A stretch of DNA of 64,000 bases, from NCBI GenBank assembly GCA_951406725.2, contig OX597827.1:56296001-56360000 (forward strand), read 5' to 3'. This document shows positions 63,608 through 64,000 of the stretch, one piece after another. The notes beneath the pieces were generated by a model. That model did no database searches. It saw only the letters and a program-made list of their open reading frames with translations, and was not told where the DNA came from. A program made the translations under genes and the position numbers. The stretch's first letter is position 1. Each line of letters starts with the position of its first letter. This DNA comes from Octopus vulgaris. Lineage: Eukaryota.

Positions 63608-64000
63608 ACAAGCTTAAACTTTGAATTAATCAATGAAAACAACTAGGGTGAACACAGTTAGAAAAAATTCAATCACTTCATTAGCTAATGTAGTTGATAA
63701 TGAAAATACCAAAATAGCATCCATTCACAACTTGATTTAAAACAATCTTTTTGCAATTTTTATCTTTACAGAAGATGAATTTATTAAAGAAATGCATTAC
63801 ACTTAAAAAAAAAAAAAGGAAAAAGAAAACCATACATGAATTTGAACTTTGATAGCTTGACATCAGTTGTTTGTAAACATTGAATAAATGTCATTTTAGC
63901 TCACTGTGAAAAATGGAAGCTTCAGGAATCACGTTATTCCAATCAAATTAAATGTTCAATTTTACGCTACAATCCACCACAATGCAATTAACAAACATTG

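Overview
AT-rich, repeat-dense eukaryotic genomic DNA. The SINE/MITE repertoire looks like a coleoid cephalopod, probably Octopus (inference). One spliced protein-coding gene is reconstructable on the minus strand: nine GT-AG coding exons (31666 down to the stop at 12266-12268) join in frame into about 260 codons of a DEK-C + acidic/basic linker + SWIB/MDM2 protein (UAF30/Spp27/Tri1-like). A putative 3'UTR intron and terminal exon follow; the N-terminal exon(s) probably lie beyond 64000. The rest is intronic or intergenic: tRNA-derived SINEs, CR1/RTE/R4-type LINE fragments, mariner, maT and hAT transposase relics, piggyBac/hAT/mariner-like MITEs, two decayed tRNA copies and microsatellites. 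Nearly all ORFs in the supplied track are spurious repeat or low-complexity translations. I found no convincing new multi-gene system. The most notable oddities are a decayed hammerhead-like motif, a perfect 28-bp hairpin inside a SINE, an eroded intronless Ser/Thr kinase pseudogene, host-exon fragments patched into a MITE, and a frame-compatible 27-nt candidate microexon. Repeat boundaries are read by eye and approximate.
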